From positions 38,217 through 102,216 of the forward strand of contig JBCBZT010000029.1 in assembly GCA_039815185.1 (NCBI GenBank): a DNA stretch of 64,000 nucleotides, written 5' to 3'. The DNA comes from Cyanobacteria bacterium P01_A01_bin.123. GTDB taxonomy: Bacteria > Cyanobacteriota > Cyanobacteriia > Phormidesmidales > Phormidesmidaceae. The notes under the pieces are model-generated. The model saw only the letters and a program-made list of their open reading frames with translations. It ran no database searches and had not been told where the DNA came from. Below, in pieces: positions 10,007 to 20,214 of this stretch. Made by a program: the position numbers and the translations under genes. Each line of letters begins with the position of its first letter. Position 1 is the first letter of the stretch.

Positions 10007-10627
10007 TCAAGCCAACAGCTCAACCACCGCAAACAGTAAAAATAGACAGCCACCCAATGCCGTCAACGTCCGTTCTGAAATTCGTCCGCACAGCCAGCGA
10101 CCGCAGTTAGTCGCGATCGCCGCACAGATCGCATGCCCCAATACCGCACCCGACACCACCCCAACAGGGTGATTAGCGGCAGCTAGGGCAATGGTGGCAA
10201 TTTGAGTGCGATCGCCCCACTCAGCTACAAACGTCAACCCAAAGGCTTCAGTCATGATAGTTAGGGGGGTAGGTTGTTGCTTTTGATGAGCCAATGTTTG
10301 CTCAGCCCGAGCGACGGTTGCAGCCGCCTCTTTCTCCTCGGCACCGTTTGCTGTGGGAGACATTTGACTCGCCTGGTACAGCAGCTTTAATCCAAATATT
10401 GCAAACAGGCTGACCTCAGCCCATTCGACAACCGTAGTGGGCAGCAGGGTGGCAGCTTGTCCAACTAGCACCGACAACAGTGTCATCAAGGCTAAGGCCG
10501 CAACTGCTCCAGCAAACACCCAGCGACGGGGGTGACGCATCGCCAAAATCGCGGCGATAAAGAAGGTCTTATCGCCCAATTCAGAGACGGTAATCAGCAA
10601 CAAACTCGCCGTAAATGCGCTCAGCAT
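10007..10627 (-). CDS. TMEM165/GDT1 (UPF0016) Mn2+/Ca2+ transporter, Mnx/PAM71-like
   Basis: Two E-x-G-D-[KR]-T motifs: SELGDKTF and AEWGDRTQ. Confidence 0.95.
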   Translation of the reverse strand: MLSAFTASLLLITVSELGDKTFFIAAILAMRHPRRWVFAGAVAALALMTLLSVLVGQAATLLPTTVVEWAEVSLFAIFGLKLLYQASQMSPTANGAEEKEAAATVARAEQTLAHQKQQPTPLTIMTEAFGLTFVAEWGDRTQIATIALAAANHPVGVVSGAVLGHAICAAIATNCGRWLCGRISERTLTALGGCLFLLFAVVELLA

Positions 10628-10715
10628 GCTCTCAAATTCCTCAGATCTGTGTAGTATCTGACATGAACTTGATGAGGCAACAAGACTCCACCAAGCTCAC
10701 GTCAAACGTGAACTT

Positions 10716-10832
10716 AGTGAAGGTCTCGCTAATGCATAGATTTATGGCTACGTCATCCCCTGAACCAGGCTCATCACCAGTATGTTGATTCAGGTGGGCC
10801 AGTCATAGACCAGCAGCTACTCCCCTTCGCCT
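10716..10832 (-). ncRNA. yybP-ykoY (Mn2+) riboswitch
   Basis: Minus strand reads GAAGGGGAGTAGC...TCAACATACTGG...CCTGGTT...GCGAGACCTTC, the conserved ends of the family, about 90 nt upstream of a UPF0016 gene. Confidence 0.88.
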
Positions 10833-10915
10833 CATTATGATACGCGAATGAAGCCGACATAACGACGGCTGGACTGTTTGAAGGCTGCATTCTTCTACAG
10901 CGATCAAGGTCTAAC

Positions 10916-12451
10916 CTATTCAGATTCACCTGATTCTGCCGACGGAGGGGGTGTCGCCTCGGGGGGCGGGGCGGCGGGTACAGGCGGTGGCGCAGCGGGT
11001 GCAGGATTCGGAGCGGCCACAGGCGGTGGTGCCGCAGGGGCAGGTTCCGGACTCGCTGCGGGTACAGGTGTGGGATCCGGTTGAGGACTTGAGGCAGCAG
11101 GCTCAGGCGCAGAATCAGGTTCATTGGTGACTGCTGGCGGAGGCTCAGCAGGGGTGGGGGAGAAAGGATTGCTTTCTGCCTCAGTTTCTGGCGCTTCCTC
11201 TGATGACGGCTCTGTCGTAGCGTCTTCATCAGAAGACTCCTCAGAGTCACCAGTTGTTGCTTCAGTTGGGTCTGGCGTTGAATCAGCCGCCGCGTTATCC
11301 GGTGTGTCTTGAGCCGCAGACTCAGCATCGCTATCTTCTGGTTCATTACCCGCTTCGTTATCAGCCGTCGTCCCAGCATCAGGGACACTCACCTCTCGAC
11401 GGTCACCCTGACTTTCAACCTGCCGCTGGCGATCGCTGCCTTCGAGGACAAACGGCATTTCTAGCGATACTGACCCACCCTGTCCGCCCGTGCCGAACTG
11501 ATAGTTGCGAGCCGCTGACATCGCCGCTTGATCTAAATCTGGATTGCCGCTAGAGCGCTCCAGCGTCACACCGACCACATTGCCATTGGCATCAAACTGG
11601 ATGCTCACCCGGGGTTCCCCTTCAATACCCGCTTGTCGAGCCGATTCAGGGTAGCTCGGGGCAGGACAATTCACACAGGCAATCGTTCTTGAGCCGCCCC
11701 CCGAACCATTCCCATTGCCCGGATTGCCCGTAGAAGAGCCCCCATTACCTGTAGTATTGCTGCCAGAACCAGCCCGAGCGACCGGGCCATCAGCATCGGG
11801 CACATTCTCAGCATCTCCCTCACTCGACGCCTCTGAAAGCCCGTCATCTTGACCAAAACTGAGCCCATTGGTAAAGAGCTGACCCAGGGTGTTGCGCGCT
11901 TGGGCTAACACATCTTCTCCACCCGCTTCCGCTTCATCAACTGCTGTCTCACTGGATTCAGGACTTTCATCAGTTTCAGAATCTGGCTCAGGTACCTCAG
12001 CCGTTTCTTCAGACTCAGTGGTCTCATCAACGACCTCGGGCTCTGTCTCTGCCTCAGGGTCTTCAACGGTTTCAGGTTCTGTTTCTGCTTCTAACTCTTC
12101 TGGTTCTGCCTCCACTTCAGGCTCTGGCGCTAAGTTGGCAGTTGCCGATAATTCGGCTCGCTCGGGTACTTGCAGCGGTGGTGGTTGACTCGCTAGCTCG
12201 GCACTATCTGAACCAGCTTCTGTTGACGTTTCTGCGAGTTCACTTGGAGCAGGCTCTGCCTCAGTTGGCGTCACCACAATCTGAATCGTGTCGGTCTCAG
12301 ATTGATCACTCAGTTGGGCTGGAACCCAGCCAATCAAAGGCAGCAGGCCGAGGTGTAAGCCAGTCGCGCCCAACATGCCCAAGAGGGTCCATCGCTGGGT
12401 CAGCGTATTTTCTCGGTAGTGTTGCCGAAGACAGTCGTTGGAGAGGGCCAT
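10916..12451 (-). CDS. tonB: TonB family energy transducer
   Basis: N-terminal TM with A-x3-H (ATGLHLG), Glu/Pro linker, TonB_C (PSYPESARQAGIEG...SSGNPDLDQAA); divergent from exbBD. Confidence 0.88.
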   Translation of the reverse strand: MALSNDCLRQHYRENTLTQRWTLLGMLGATGLHLGLLPLIGWVPAQLSDQSETDTIQIVVTPTEAEPAPSELAETSTEAGSDSAELASQPPPLQVPERAELSATANLAPEPEVEAEPEELEAETEPETVEDPEAETEPEVVDETTESEETAEVPEPDSETDESPESSETAVDEAEAGGEDVLAQARNTLGQLFTNGLSFGQDDGLSEASSEGDAENVPDADGPVARAGSGSNTTGNGGSSTGNPGNGNGSGGGSRTIACVNCPAPSYPESARQAGIEGEPRVSIQFDANGNVVGVTLERSSGNPDLDQAAMSAARNYQFGTGGQGGSVSLEMPFVLEGSDRQRQVESQGDRREVSVPDAGTTADNEAGNEPEDSDAESAAQDTPDNAAADSTPDPTEATTGDSEESSDEDATTEPSSEEAPETEAESNPFSPTPAEPPPAVTNEPDSAPEPAASSPQPDPTPVPAASPEPAPAAPPPVAAPNPAPAAPPPVPAAPPPEATPPPSAESGESE

Positions 12452-12636
12452 AAAGAACGTTGGGGCTACATGAGGTCAGATATCGTTAAGCAGGTTCAAA
12501 AATACTATTCAAACCAGCCTTATTCTCACCAATAGTTGAACCTATTATTCTTGGAAAAGCAACTCAAAATACGCCTTGAATAGGGTCTGAGAGCAGCCAG
12601 GCTACCCTGACGTCCTCCTAGAGCAGAATATATTAC

Positions 12637-12670
12637 TTGACATCAAGTTGCAATAAGCTTACTTTCATTA
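12637..12670 (+). promoter_or_regulatory. Sigma70-type promoter of exbBD with overlapping AT-rich Fur-like site
   Basis: TTGACA (12637) - 17 bp - TACTTT (12660). Confidence 0.55.
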
Positions 12671-12697
12671 AGTTAAGACTTACTTGGGGCAAAAGTG

Positions 12698-13369
12698 ATG
12701 TCCATAACTCAGATATTTGTGGCAGGGGGCATCGTTATGGTGCCGCTGCTGCTGTTTTCCATCGCCGCGATCGCGTTGTCTATCGAACGAGCCGTTTTCT
12801 GGTGGCGCATCAGCCGTCGTCAACGTCCGGTAGTGAAAACCATTTTGCAGTCCTATCGTTGCGATCCCCCGGCAGCTTTTGCGTCGCTGCGCTCCAACAT
12901 TAATCTCCCGATTTCCCGCATTTTCCTCGAAGCGCTGGAGTTAGAAGGGGCCTCACCCAGTCAGTTTCGCTTGGCTTTAGAAGGGGCAACTCAGGCCGAG
13001 CTGCCGTTGCTCAAACGGTTCAACACGGTGTTCCAAACCATCATTGCCGTCGCTCCGTTGTTGGGGTTGTTAGGCACCATTTTGGGGTTGATTCGATCTT
13101 TTGCGGCAATTCAGATTGGTGAGTTGGGGGCCAATGCGGAAGCGGTTACGGGGGGCATTAGTGAAGCTTTGGTGTCTACCGCTGCAGGGATGGTGGTGGC
13201 GATTTTCACCCTAGTGGCGGCTAATTTATTTCGAGGACTCTACAAGCGTCAAGTGGCATTGCTTCAGGAATATGGCAGCCAGCTTGAAATCCTCTATGAG
13301 TGGCGATACCGGGATGGATTAATGGGTAGTCAATCTTCAGCGGAGTCAGCCTATGCGAGTTTGGGATAA
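12698..13369 (+). CDS. exbB: MotA/TolQ/ExbB proton channel
   Basis: APLLGLLGTILGLI and GISEALVSTAAG motifs. Confidence 0.95.
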   Translation: MSITQIFVAGGIVMVPLLLFSIAAIALSIERAVFWWRISRRQRPVVKTILQSYRCDPPAAFASLRSNINLPISRIFLEALELEGASPSQFRLALEGATQAELPLLKRFNTVFQTIIAVAPLLGLLGTILGLIRSFAAIQIGELGANAEAVTGGISEALVSTAAGMVVAIFTLVAANLFRGLYKRQVALLQEYGSQLEILYEWRYRDGLMGSQSSAESAYASLG

Positions 13370-13769
13370 CGAATCGGAGGAGGAATTTGAAATTAATATC
13401 CTGCCGATGATTGATGTGATTTTTGCTATCCTGGCATTTTTCATTTTGTCGACGCTGTTTTTGACGCGCACTGAAGGACTATCGGTGAATTTGCCGGATG
13501 CAGAGAGTGCGACGCCGCGCCAGCAGGCCGATTTCACGGTGACGGTGACAGCGGCAGGGGAGATCACCCTTGACCAGGACCCGATGGAACTCGCCGAGTT
13601 ACAAAGTGCGGTTCAGGGTGCTTTGGAACCGGGGCAGGCAGCGGTGGTGACCATCCAGGCGGATGAGCAGGCTTACCACGGTCAGGTGATTGCAGTGATG
13701 GACGAGCTGCGACCGTTGGAGGATGTGCAACTGGGCATTGCCACGGAACCTGAAACGTCTCAGGAATGA
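13353..13769 (+). CDS. exbD: Biopolymer transporter ExbD
   Basis: INILPMIDVIFAILAFFI, IQADEQ..HGQVIAVMD; overlaps exbB stop. Confidence 0.95.
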   Translation: MRVWDNESEEEFEINILPMIDVIFAILAFFILSTLFLTRTEGLSVNLPDAESATPRQQADFTVTVTAAGEITLDQDPMELAELQSAVQGALEPGQAAVVTIQADEQAYHGQVIAVMDELRPLEDVQLGIATEPETSQE

Positions 13770-13893
13770 AGCATACGGTGTGTCGCTCTCCTTCCACCAT
13801 CCAAATGGGTTGTCCCGCCGCGATGGTCTAAGACCGGCCCCTAAAGATGACCAATCTTCACACGATTAGTTAGATGTTAACGACTTGATAGAG

Positions 13894-15741
13894 CTAAAGC
13901 TTATGTCGCGCTTTGACGAATAGGCTGACTAGCATTCCTACGATAGCAACAATCAATGCTGCGAGGGAGATATAGCTCACTCCTTCGAGTATCGATCTCA
14001 AGCTAAAGTTGAGGATGCTGAGTATCGAGATTGTCGGGCTTAACGAAATAATTGGCAGGAAAATTACTCCGATAGACCCTGCGCACAAACCTATCCATAG
14101 GAATCTCGCTCCTCCCAGTAGTGCCCCCACTGTTGCTGTAATTGCGGGAATATAAAAGGCTGCTATCACCCATTGCACCCAGATTGGAGTAATCGCAATC
14201 ACATCTTGGATAACCAGATCGACAGGTCTGAAAAATTGCGGCCAAGTGGTTAAGAGAAGTTGGCTGAGGAGGGTGCCTATGAGTAGAGCCGCAATAATCC
14301 ATATAGCCCGGCGGCTAAAAGAATAAATATTTTTCAAGGTAGCATTAGGCCACCTTGAAGAGCCGATTTCTATGCTAAGAGTTGGATCCTTTGATTCAGA
14401 GATCAATTTGTGACCGGAAAAAATCCACTCGGCAATTTTATCGACTAGGGCGTTACGATGGGAATTTGAAAAATTCAAATAGGTGGTGTGGCTGATCAGG
14501 TGAAAGGAATCTGCCTTGTAGGCAATATCAATAGGTTCTGAGACATGGGTGGGTTGATCTGGCCTACTTCTAAAAGGTTGTGTTTCCCCTGCGACAGGAT
14601 CAGTTGGATCATATATGTTGATCCATTGAAAGTCTTTATGAAAGACATCTTTATCCTCATTAATGGGTACAATTGGAGGCCACAAACTTGCAAAATTACT
14701 TAAAGGAGAGCCATAGGTAAGGAGGCCTCTACAATTCTTAAATAATCGTTTTCGATCTAAAATATACTCTTTGTTTCTCCAAGATGGGTGATCGGGGAAC
14801 ATTGCTTTCCTTTCCCCCTCAGTTAAACATTCAACCCCTTGTGCAAGTCGGATTAAAGGTTCATCTTGGCCAGTTTTAGATGGGTTATCTATACATCTAA
14901 GCCATAGATCGTCGGTTAGATAGTTCGGCAAACACTGGGCTGTTTCCATGAGTCCATTGAAAGCCAGGACGGTTCCCTGACTGTGAGCTAGGATATACCA
15001 GCGCTCGTAGGGCATTAGCGACATTTTGACCATTCCCTGAATCATCCGCCTGCGTAATGTTACCCTGGGTGGCTGTCCCAAATCTTGAAGTGGGCCTTTT
15101 CCTATTCGTTCTCCTTGTTGGTAGAGTTTCACGTCGCCAATATACTGGGCGAATAGATCGGGACGAGGCAACTGTATGCCTAATAATCGGCGCAAGACGT
15201 AGCTCAATAAAGACAGTGCTGGCAAAATCAACAGAATGACTAAGGCAACCCAAAACAATCGCAAGCGGTTTCCTGGTGTAAGCGATGTTTGCCCCTCATG
15301 AATATTGGTGGGAAGCTGCATCCGCTTAAAACCGGGTTGTGGAGGATGAAAATAGCCCGGTATACTCCACAGTGATAAACCCCAGATCCAAAATCGTATT
15401 TGAGTCCATAGGCTATCTGGCTCATCTAGATCGGCCCACCACACTTGGTGAAAGTGAATTTGTGTAACATCGCTACTGTGTGAATCAGGCTTAGAATCGA
15501 TTACTTCTACTACCACAGGAGCTTTATCCCAAGCTTGCCAGGTTTCTTGCTCAGCTCCAAATGCAGCTTGAGAAGATGTATTCACACTGACAAGAGTCGA
15601 TCGATTCTTGTCTGGAGGCTTGGGTATCTCAGCAAGGGCGGTAATGATATTTCTAGCTGTTGCCTCAAGATATTTGAATTGACTTTGTTCCCCAATACCA
15701 TGAACTAAGAGAATTCCGACTTTCTTTATGTCACTTTGCAT
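13894..15741 (-). CDS. Membrane-anchored alpha/beta-hydrolase-like hypothetical protein
   Basis: LLVHGIGEQ, AHSQG elbow, TYGSPL, YDPTDPV, SHTTY; several TM segments. Confidence 0.6.
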   Translation of the reverse strand: MQSDIKKVGILLVHGIGEQSQFKYLEATARNIITALAEIPKPPDKNRSTLVSVNTSSQAAFGAEQETWQAWDKAPVVVEVIDSKPDSHSSDVTQIHFHQVWWADLDEPDSLWTQIRFWIWGLSLWSIPGYFHPPQPGFKRMQLPTNIHEGQTSLTPGNRLRLFWVALVILLILPALSLLSYVLRRLLGIQLPRPDLFAQYIGDVKLYQQGERIGKGPLQDLGQPPRVTLRRRMIQGMVKMSLMPYERWYILAHSQGTVLAFNGLMETAQCLPNYLTDDLWLRCIDNPSKTGQDEPLIRLAQGVECLTEGERKAMFPDHPSWRNKEYILDRKRLFKNCRGLLTYGSPLSNFASLWPPIVPINEDKDVFHKDFQWINIYDPTDPVAGETQPFRSRPDQPTHVSEPIDIAYKADSFHLISHTTYLNFSNSHRNALVDKIAEWIFSGHKLISESKDPTLSIEIGSSRWPNATLKNIYSFSRRAIWIIAALLIGTLLSQLLLTTWPQFFRPVDLVIQDVIAITPIWVQWVIAAFYIPAITATVGALLGGARFLWIGLCAGSIGVIFLPIISLSPTISILSILNFSLRSILEGVSYISLAALIVAIVGMLVSLFVKARHKL

Positions 15742-15806
15742 AGCGATAATCTGGATTGAATCAGTTTACGAATAGTTACTTCGTTGGATAGCGACTTTTT
15801 ATCTCT

Positions 15807-15992
15807 ATCATCTACCGAGAGCGACGAAATATCCAGAATGTATAACCTGGTCGGTGATAACTTGCCAATCGAGACTTAAGCGATCGCAGATTTCCACAAA
15901 CGTCGATTCCTCAGCGGGCCTGCCATTGAAGAATCGACTGATGGTCGATAAGTTTAAATCGACTAATTATTGACCTTTAGCGATCGCGACAT
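15807..15992 (-). pseudogene. Degenerate copy of the N-terminal HTH of the adjacent NB-ARC/WD40 gene
   Basis: MSRSLKVNN* then, after a deletion/frameshift, LSTISRFFNGRPAEESTFVEICDRLSLDWQVITD versus LSTVSRFLNGKSVDFATFVEICDRLSLDWQTITD at 19430-19643. Confidence 0.85.
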
Positions 15993-16052
15993 AACCAATA
16001 TGTTGTCTTGTATGGTGTTGCTTCATATTGTTGATAACGTCATGGGAGCCGT

Positions 16053-19000
16053 TCATGCTGAAATTGCCCCTAACGCTTGTAGCGAACTCTTTTGCGCTGC
16101 CGATAGCCCGGTGACCCCTATCAGATTCATTCCCTCATAGGGGCCAGGTAATTGAAGGGTATCAACGCATTGCCATGATTGAGTATCCCAGAGCTTAATC
16201 GTATTTCCTTCGCCGCCACTGGCAAGCACCTTTCCATTCGGACTAAAGGCTAGCGCCCAAAGGATATGGTTATGGGCCTGGATGGTGTGACAGCATTCAC
16301 CCGTATCCACATCCCAAATCTTTAAGCTGCCATCAAATGCACCACTGACAAATCTAGACTCGTCTGGTGAGAAGCAACCCGTTAAAACACCGCTAGTATG
16401 ACCCACCAAGGTTTTGAGACATGCTCCCGTTCGCACATCCCACAACTTGATTTCACCATTAGAACTGGTACTGGCTAGCAGCCGACTATCAGGGCTAAAT
16501 GCGATCGAAAGCACCTGGTCAGAGTGCTGTGCTAGGGTCTGCAGACAGTTACCCGTTTCAACATTCCAGAGTTTGACGGTACAGTCTGTACTGCCTGTTG
16601 CCAGGTACATTGCATCAGGGGAAAACGCAACTGACCAAAGCGCATTCTCGTGTTCTGTTAATGTCTTTATACAGTTGTTGCTGGCAATACTCCAAAGTTT
16701 GCAGGTTTGATCGTCGCTAGCACTTGCCAAAAGCAGATTGTCATTAGGGTGAAATGCCACTGCACGGATGGCGCTAGTATGGCCCTTTAAAGTGCTATGC
16801 AAGGTAGCGTTGTCTAAACCCCAAACTTTGACAACAGCCTGGTCTCCACCGCCGCCACTGGCAAGATAATCACCTCCTGGGCTAAAGCTAATGTCAAAAA
16901 TCGCACTGTCGTGGGATAGGATGGTGTGACATCTCCGTTGGGGCACATCCCAAAGTCGGATCTTGCCATCATGACTGCCACTGGCCAATATTTTTCCATC
17001 TGGTGAAAAGTCAAGGGACCAGACGGTGTTGGTATATCCTGAGAGAGTTTTCAGACAGTGACCACTGTTTGGGTTCCATATCCGGATCGTGCGATCTTGG
17101 CTACCCGTGTGGAGGAGGTTGTTATCTTTTGAAAAGGCTAGTGGCCAAACCCAGCTCGTGTGTCCCTGAAGCGCGCGCTCACATAGATTAGATTCCAGAT
17201 CCCAAAGCTTGATTAAACCACTGTAGTCGCCACTGGCAAGACGTTTACCATCGGCACTCACCTTTACTGAAAACACAGCATGCTGATGACCAGACAATGT
17301 GTTCAGGCAATGCCCTGTTTGTGGATCCCATACTCGAATCGTTTGATCATTGCCACCACTCACCAAGAACCGATCATCAGGACCAAAGTCAATACTCCAA
17401 ATGCCTTGGGGATGTCCCTCTAGGATCTTAGTGCATTGCCCTTGTTGCCAGTCCCAAAGTCTTATACTGCCATCAAAACTAGCACTGGCCAGTATGTTAG
17501 CTGTTTTCTTAGCAAAGACGACCGCTTTAACAGCGCCGGTATGTCCTTCTAATGTTTGCCAACATTGACCACTAGAAACATCCCACAGTTTGATAGTCTG
17601 ATCGAAACTGGCACTGGCAATTCGATCGCCACCTGGAGAAAACGCCACAGACCAGACGATTTGGCGATGCCCCTGAAAGGTTTGGACACACTGATGGTTG
17701 CTGACTCGCCAAATTTTGAGAGTGGCATCACCGCTACCCGTCAACAAATATTGGCCATCGGGAGAGAACGTGATTGCAGTGATCCCCTCCGGATGACCGC
17801 TGATAGTACCTAAAAATTCATAGGTACCTACTTGCCAAAGATGAATATTCCCCTGAAAATCACCAGCTGCCAGCAAGGTATTATCTGGATTTAAGGTTAG
17901 AGCTGTGATAGCACCAAAATTCTGATTAAACCAACAGTCTTTAAAATTTGCCTGGGAAAAGTTGGTTTCTTGTAAGTTGACTTCTCGTAGGTTAGCTTGC
18001 CAGATCGCTAGATTTGAGAAGTCATAACCAGCAAGGTCAATTTGCAGCTGGCGGCACAGATTTATAAAGTTGCCAACACCATAACCCGCGACTAGCTGCC
18101 TGAGAACTAGCAAAATAGAGGTCATATACTGACTGATGAGTTGTGGTTGTACCAAGGTTGTTTGTAGCCGTTGGACCAGAGGGGCAAGAATCATCCGTCG
18201 CTGGCTGTCGCGAATGTAATCTTTAGTGGTGATTTTGAGTAACGCATGGGTGCAGAACAGGAGCGGCGATAAAAAAGTAAGATCTCCCCGTTGACTCAGC
18301 CTGTCTAGTTCTCTACAAACTGTCTGAATCAACCGTTCAGTCACATACTCCATGATCACTGGCTGCTGAGTATATTGGCCTGCTTTGATTTCAATCAGCG
18401 ATCGCCAGCTCAAGGATTCTAAAGCTTCAAAGATATTGGCGCGTGACGCCACTGGCCAAATATCATCCAGCAATTCAGATATGGTCGTCCATTCGCGATT
18501 TATGGACAGCCAGTATAAGATGCTTTGCTCAAGGGAAGAAAGCCGCTCAAATTGCTGATCAAGCAGTCTGCGAAAATCATTAACAATAGGAGCATTTTCT
18601 TGCAAAAAGAGATTGATATCTCCATCGAAAATTGCCTGAATTGATGTGCCGACAATTTTGATGGCGAGTGGGTTATCCCCATATCGTTGACAGAACTGTT
18701 TGATAATCTCCGGTTCCCCCAGCAACCCTTTGGCCTGAACAATGGCTTGGGCGGCTTCGACTGATCCGCTGAGCTGAAACGAGCGAGTTAACAACTGCTC
18801 GCTTTCTAAGCGGCCAATTTCGCTAGGTTTCTCTCGGCCAGTGATCATCAAACAACTGCGGTGCCTGGTTTCGCCGCATTGACGGAGTAAGGTACCGTAG
18901 TCTTCGTACCCAGCCCGGTATTGACCCGATTGGCCACTTTCCAGCAAGGTTTCGACATTGTCTAAAATCACCAAGCAACGACGCATTCGTAACCAGTGAA

Positions 19001-19643
19001 AGAGCCGTTCTAGGGTGGGTTCTAGATCCTGCTGTTGCGAGAGAAAGGGAACTAAGGCTTGAAGCAAGGTCTTGAGGGGGGGCGCGTTGCGTACAGAGCG
19101 CCAGATAACGGCGTCAAAATCGGAGTGAATCGTACGTGCTAGTTTTGCTGCCAGGCTGGTTTTGCCAATACCCCCAATCCCTAAAATGGCAACTAGACGG
19201 CAATTCTCTGTGAGAATTGCGGTTTGTAACTGGGCTAACTCATCCCTGCGTCCGTGGAAAAAGGCGGTGTCAATCGCTTCGCCCCAATCCTGTTGCGGTT
19301 CGTTGGTTTTAGGCTCAGACTTTGATTCAGAGAGAGTTGCTGGGCCGTTGTTAGGCGCAATTGAGGCAGACTGAGAAGCTGGGGGCGATGTTGGTTCTGA
19401 GTCTGCTTGGGCAGCGGTACCCGCTATAAGATCGGTGATAGTTTGCCAATCGAGACTCAAGCGATCGCAGATTTCCACAAACGTCGCGAAGTCAACGGAC
19501 TTGCCATTGAGGAATCGACTCACGGTCGATAGGGCCATATTCAGGTCTTCAGCCAAGGCGCGTTGGCTGCGCAAGCCACACCGCTTGAGGGAAGCTTTCA
19601 CCAGCTCAATGGATTGACTATTGACCTTTAGGGAGCGGGACAT
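16053..19643 (-). CDS. STAND (NLR-like) protein: HTH - NB-ARC/NACHT - pentapeptide - WD40 repeats
   Basis: Xre-like HTH; P-loop GIGGIGKT; Walker B LVILDNVE; ANLREVNLQETNF; about 14 GH...WD repeats. Confidence 0.95.
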   Translation of the reverse strand: MSRSLKVNSQSIELVKASLKRCGLRSQRALAEDLNMALSTVSRFLNGKSVDFATFVEICDRLSLDWQTITDLIAGTAAQADSEPTSPPASQSASIAPNNGPATLSESKSEPKTNEPQQDWGEAIDTAFFHGRRDELAQLQTAILTENCRLVAILGIGGIGKTSLAAKLARTIHSDFDAVIWRSVRNAPPLKTLLQALVPFLSQQQDLEPTLERLFHWLRMRRCLVILDNVETLLESGQSGQYRAGYEDYGTLLRQCGETRHRSCLMITGREKPSEIGRLESEQLLTRSFQLSGSVEAAQAIVQAKGLLGEPEIIKQFCQRYGDNPLAIKIVGTSIQAIFDGDINLFLQENAPIVNDFRRLLDQQFERLSSLEQSILYWLSINREWTTISELLDDIWPVASRANIFEALESLSWRSLIEIKAGQYTQQPVIMEYVTERLIQTVCRELDRLSQRGDLTFLSPLLFCTHALLKITTKDYIRDSQRRMILAPLVQRLQTTLVQPQLISQYMTSILLVLRQLVAGYGVGNFINLCRQLQIDLAGYDFSNLAIWQANLREVNLQETNFSQANFKDCWFNQNFGAITALTLNPDNTLLAAGDFQGNIHLWQVGTYEFLGTISGHPEGITAITFSPDGQYLLTGSGDATLKIWRVSNHQCVQTFQGHRQIVWSVAFSPGGDRIASASFDQTIKLWDVSSGQCWQTLEGHTGAVKAVVFAKKTANILASASFDGSIRLWDWQQGQCTKILEGHPQGIWSIDFGPDDRFLVSGGNDQTIRVWDPQTGHCLNTLSGHQHAVFSVKVSADGKRLASGDYSGLIKLWDLESNLCERALQGHTSWVWPLAFSKDNNLLHTGSQDRTIRIWNPNSGHCLKTLSGYTNTVWSLDFSPDGKILASGSHDGKIRLWDVPQRRCHTILSHDSAIFDISFSPGGDYLASGGGGDQAVVKVWGLDNATLHSTLKGHTSAIRAVAFHPNDNLLLASASDDQTCKLWSIASNNCIKTLTEHENALWSVAFSPDAMYLATGSTDCTVKLWNVETGNCLQTLAQHSDQVLSIAFSPDSRLLASTSSNGEIKLWDVRTGACLKTLVGHTSGVLTGCFSPDESRFVSGAFDGSLKIWDVDTGECCHTIQAHNHILWALAFSPNGKVLASGGEGNTIKLWDTQSWQCVDTLQLPGPYEGMNLIGVTGLSAAQKSSLQALGAISA

Positions 19644-20214
19644 AATCAGTAGAGGACCAGGTAGCTATGACTATATCAACCCAAAAATTGAGGCAGTTTA
19701 CTGATTATGGTCCATCAATAGATTGCATCATATTGATGAATACTATCGATAGTGTGCATGGCAAGCCGTTGCTGATTGAAGGGATGAACCGATTGAGTCG
19801 AAGCTAAAATCAAGAATCGACGCCTCAACCGCGCCTAACGCTTTCAGCATCAATTTCTGTTCAGTATTGCAAAAAATCCTTCCAGGACTTGCAGTTCTGC
19901 TAACTGGGCACTTCAGTCATAAGTCATACGAACTCAGTCATGATCTCGGTTATCAGACTGCTTTGATGAATGTAAACCGCATTTATCGGCACTGCCGCAG
20001 CCTGTTTGTCCTTGCCATGCTGAATGAACTCTGACGCTATATCCAACCAGATTTTCTGCCCTGGCTTGAACTTACTTCTGCCAGCGCCGCGATCGCACCA
20101 ACCAATTAAGAACAGTGCGATTGTATGCTGTCCAAAACGCAAAATATCAAGTCGAGCACTAATTCTTAGTCATCAGTGAGAGGTATTTTGTGATCATTTA
20201 TTACCTAAAAAACC

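Noticed and set aside
10774..12453. Alternative-frame and antisense ORFs over tonB (similar ones over the RTX and ABC genes)
   Set aside because: Shadows of low-complexity or biased coding sequence with no motifs.
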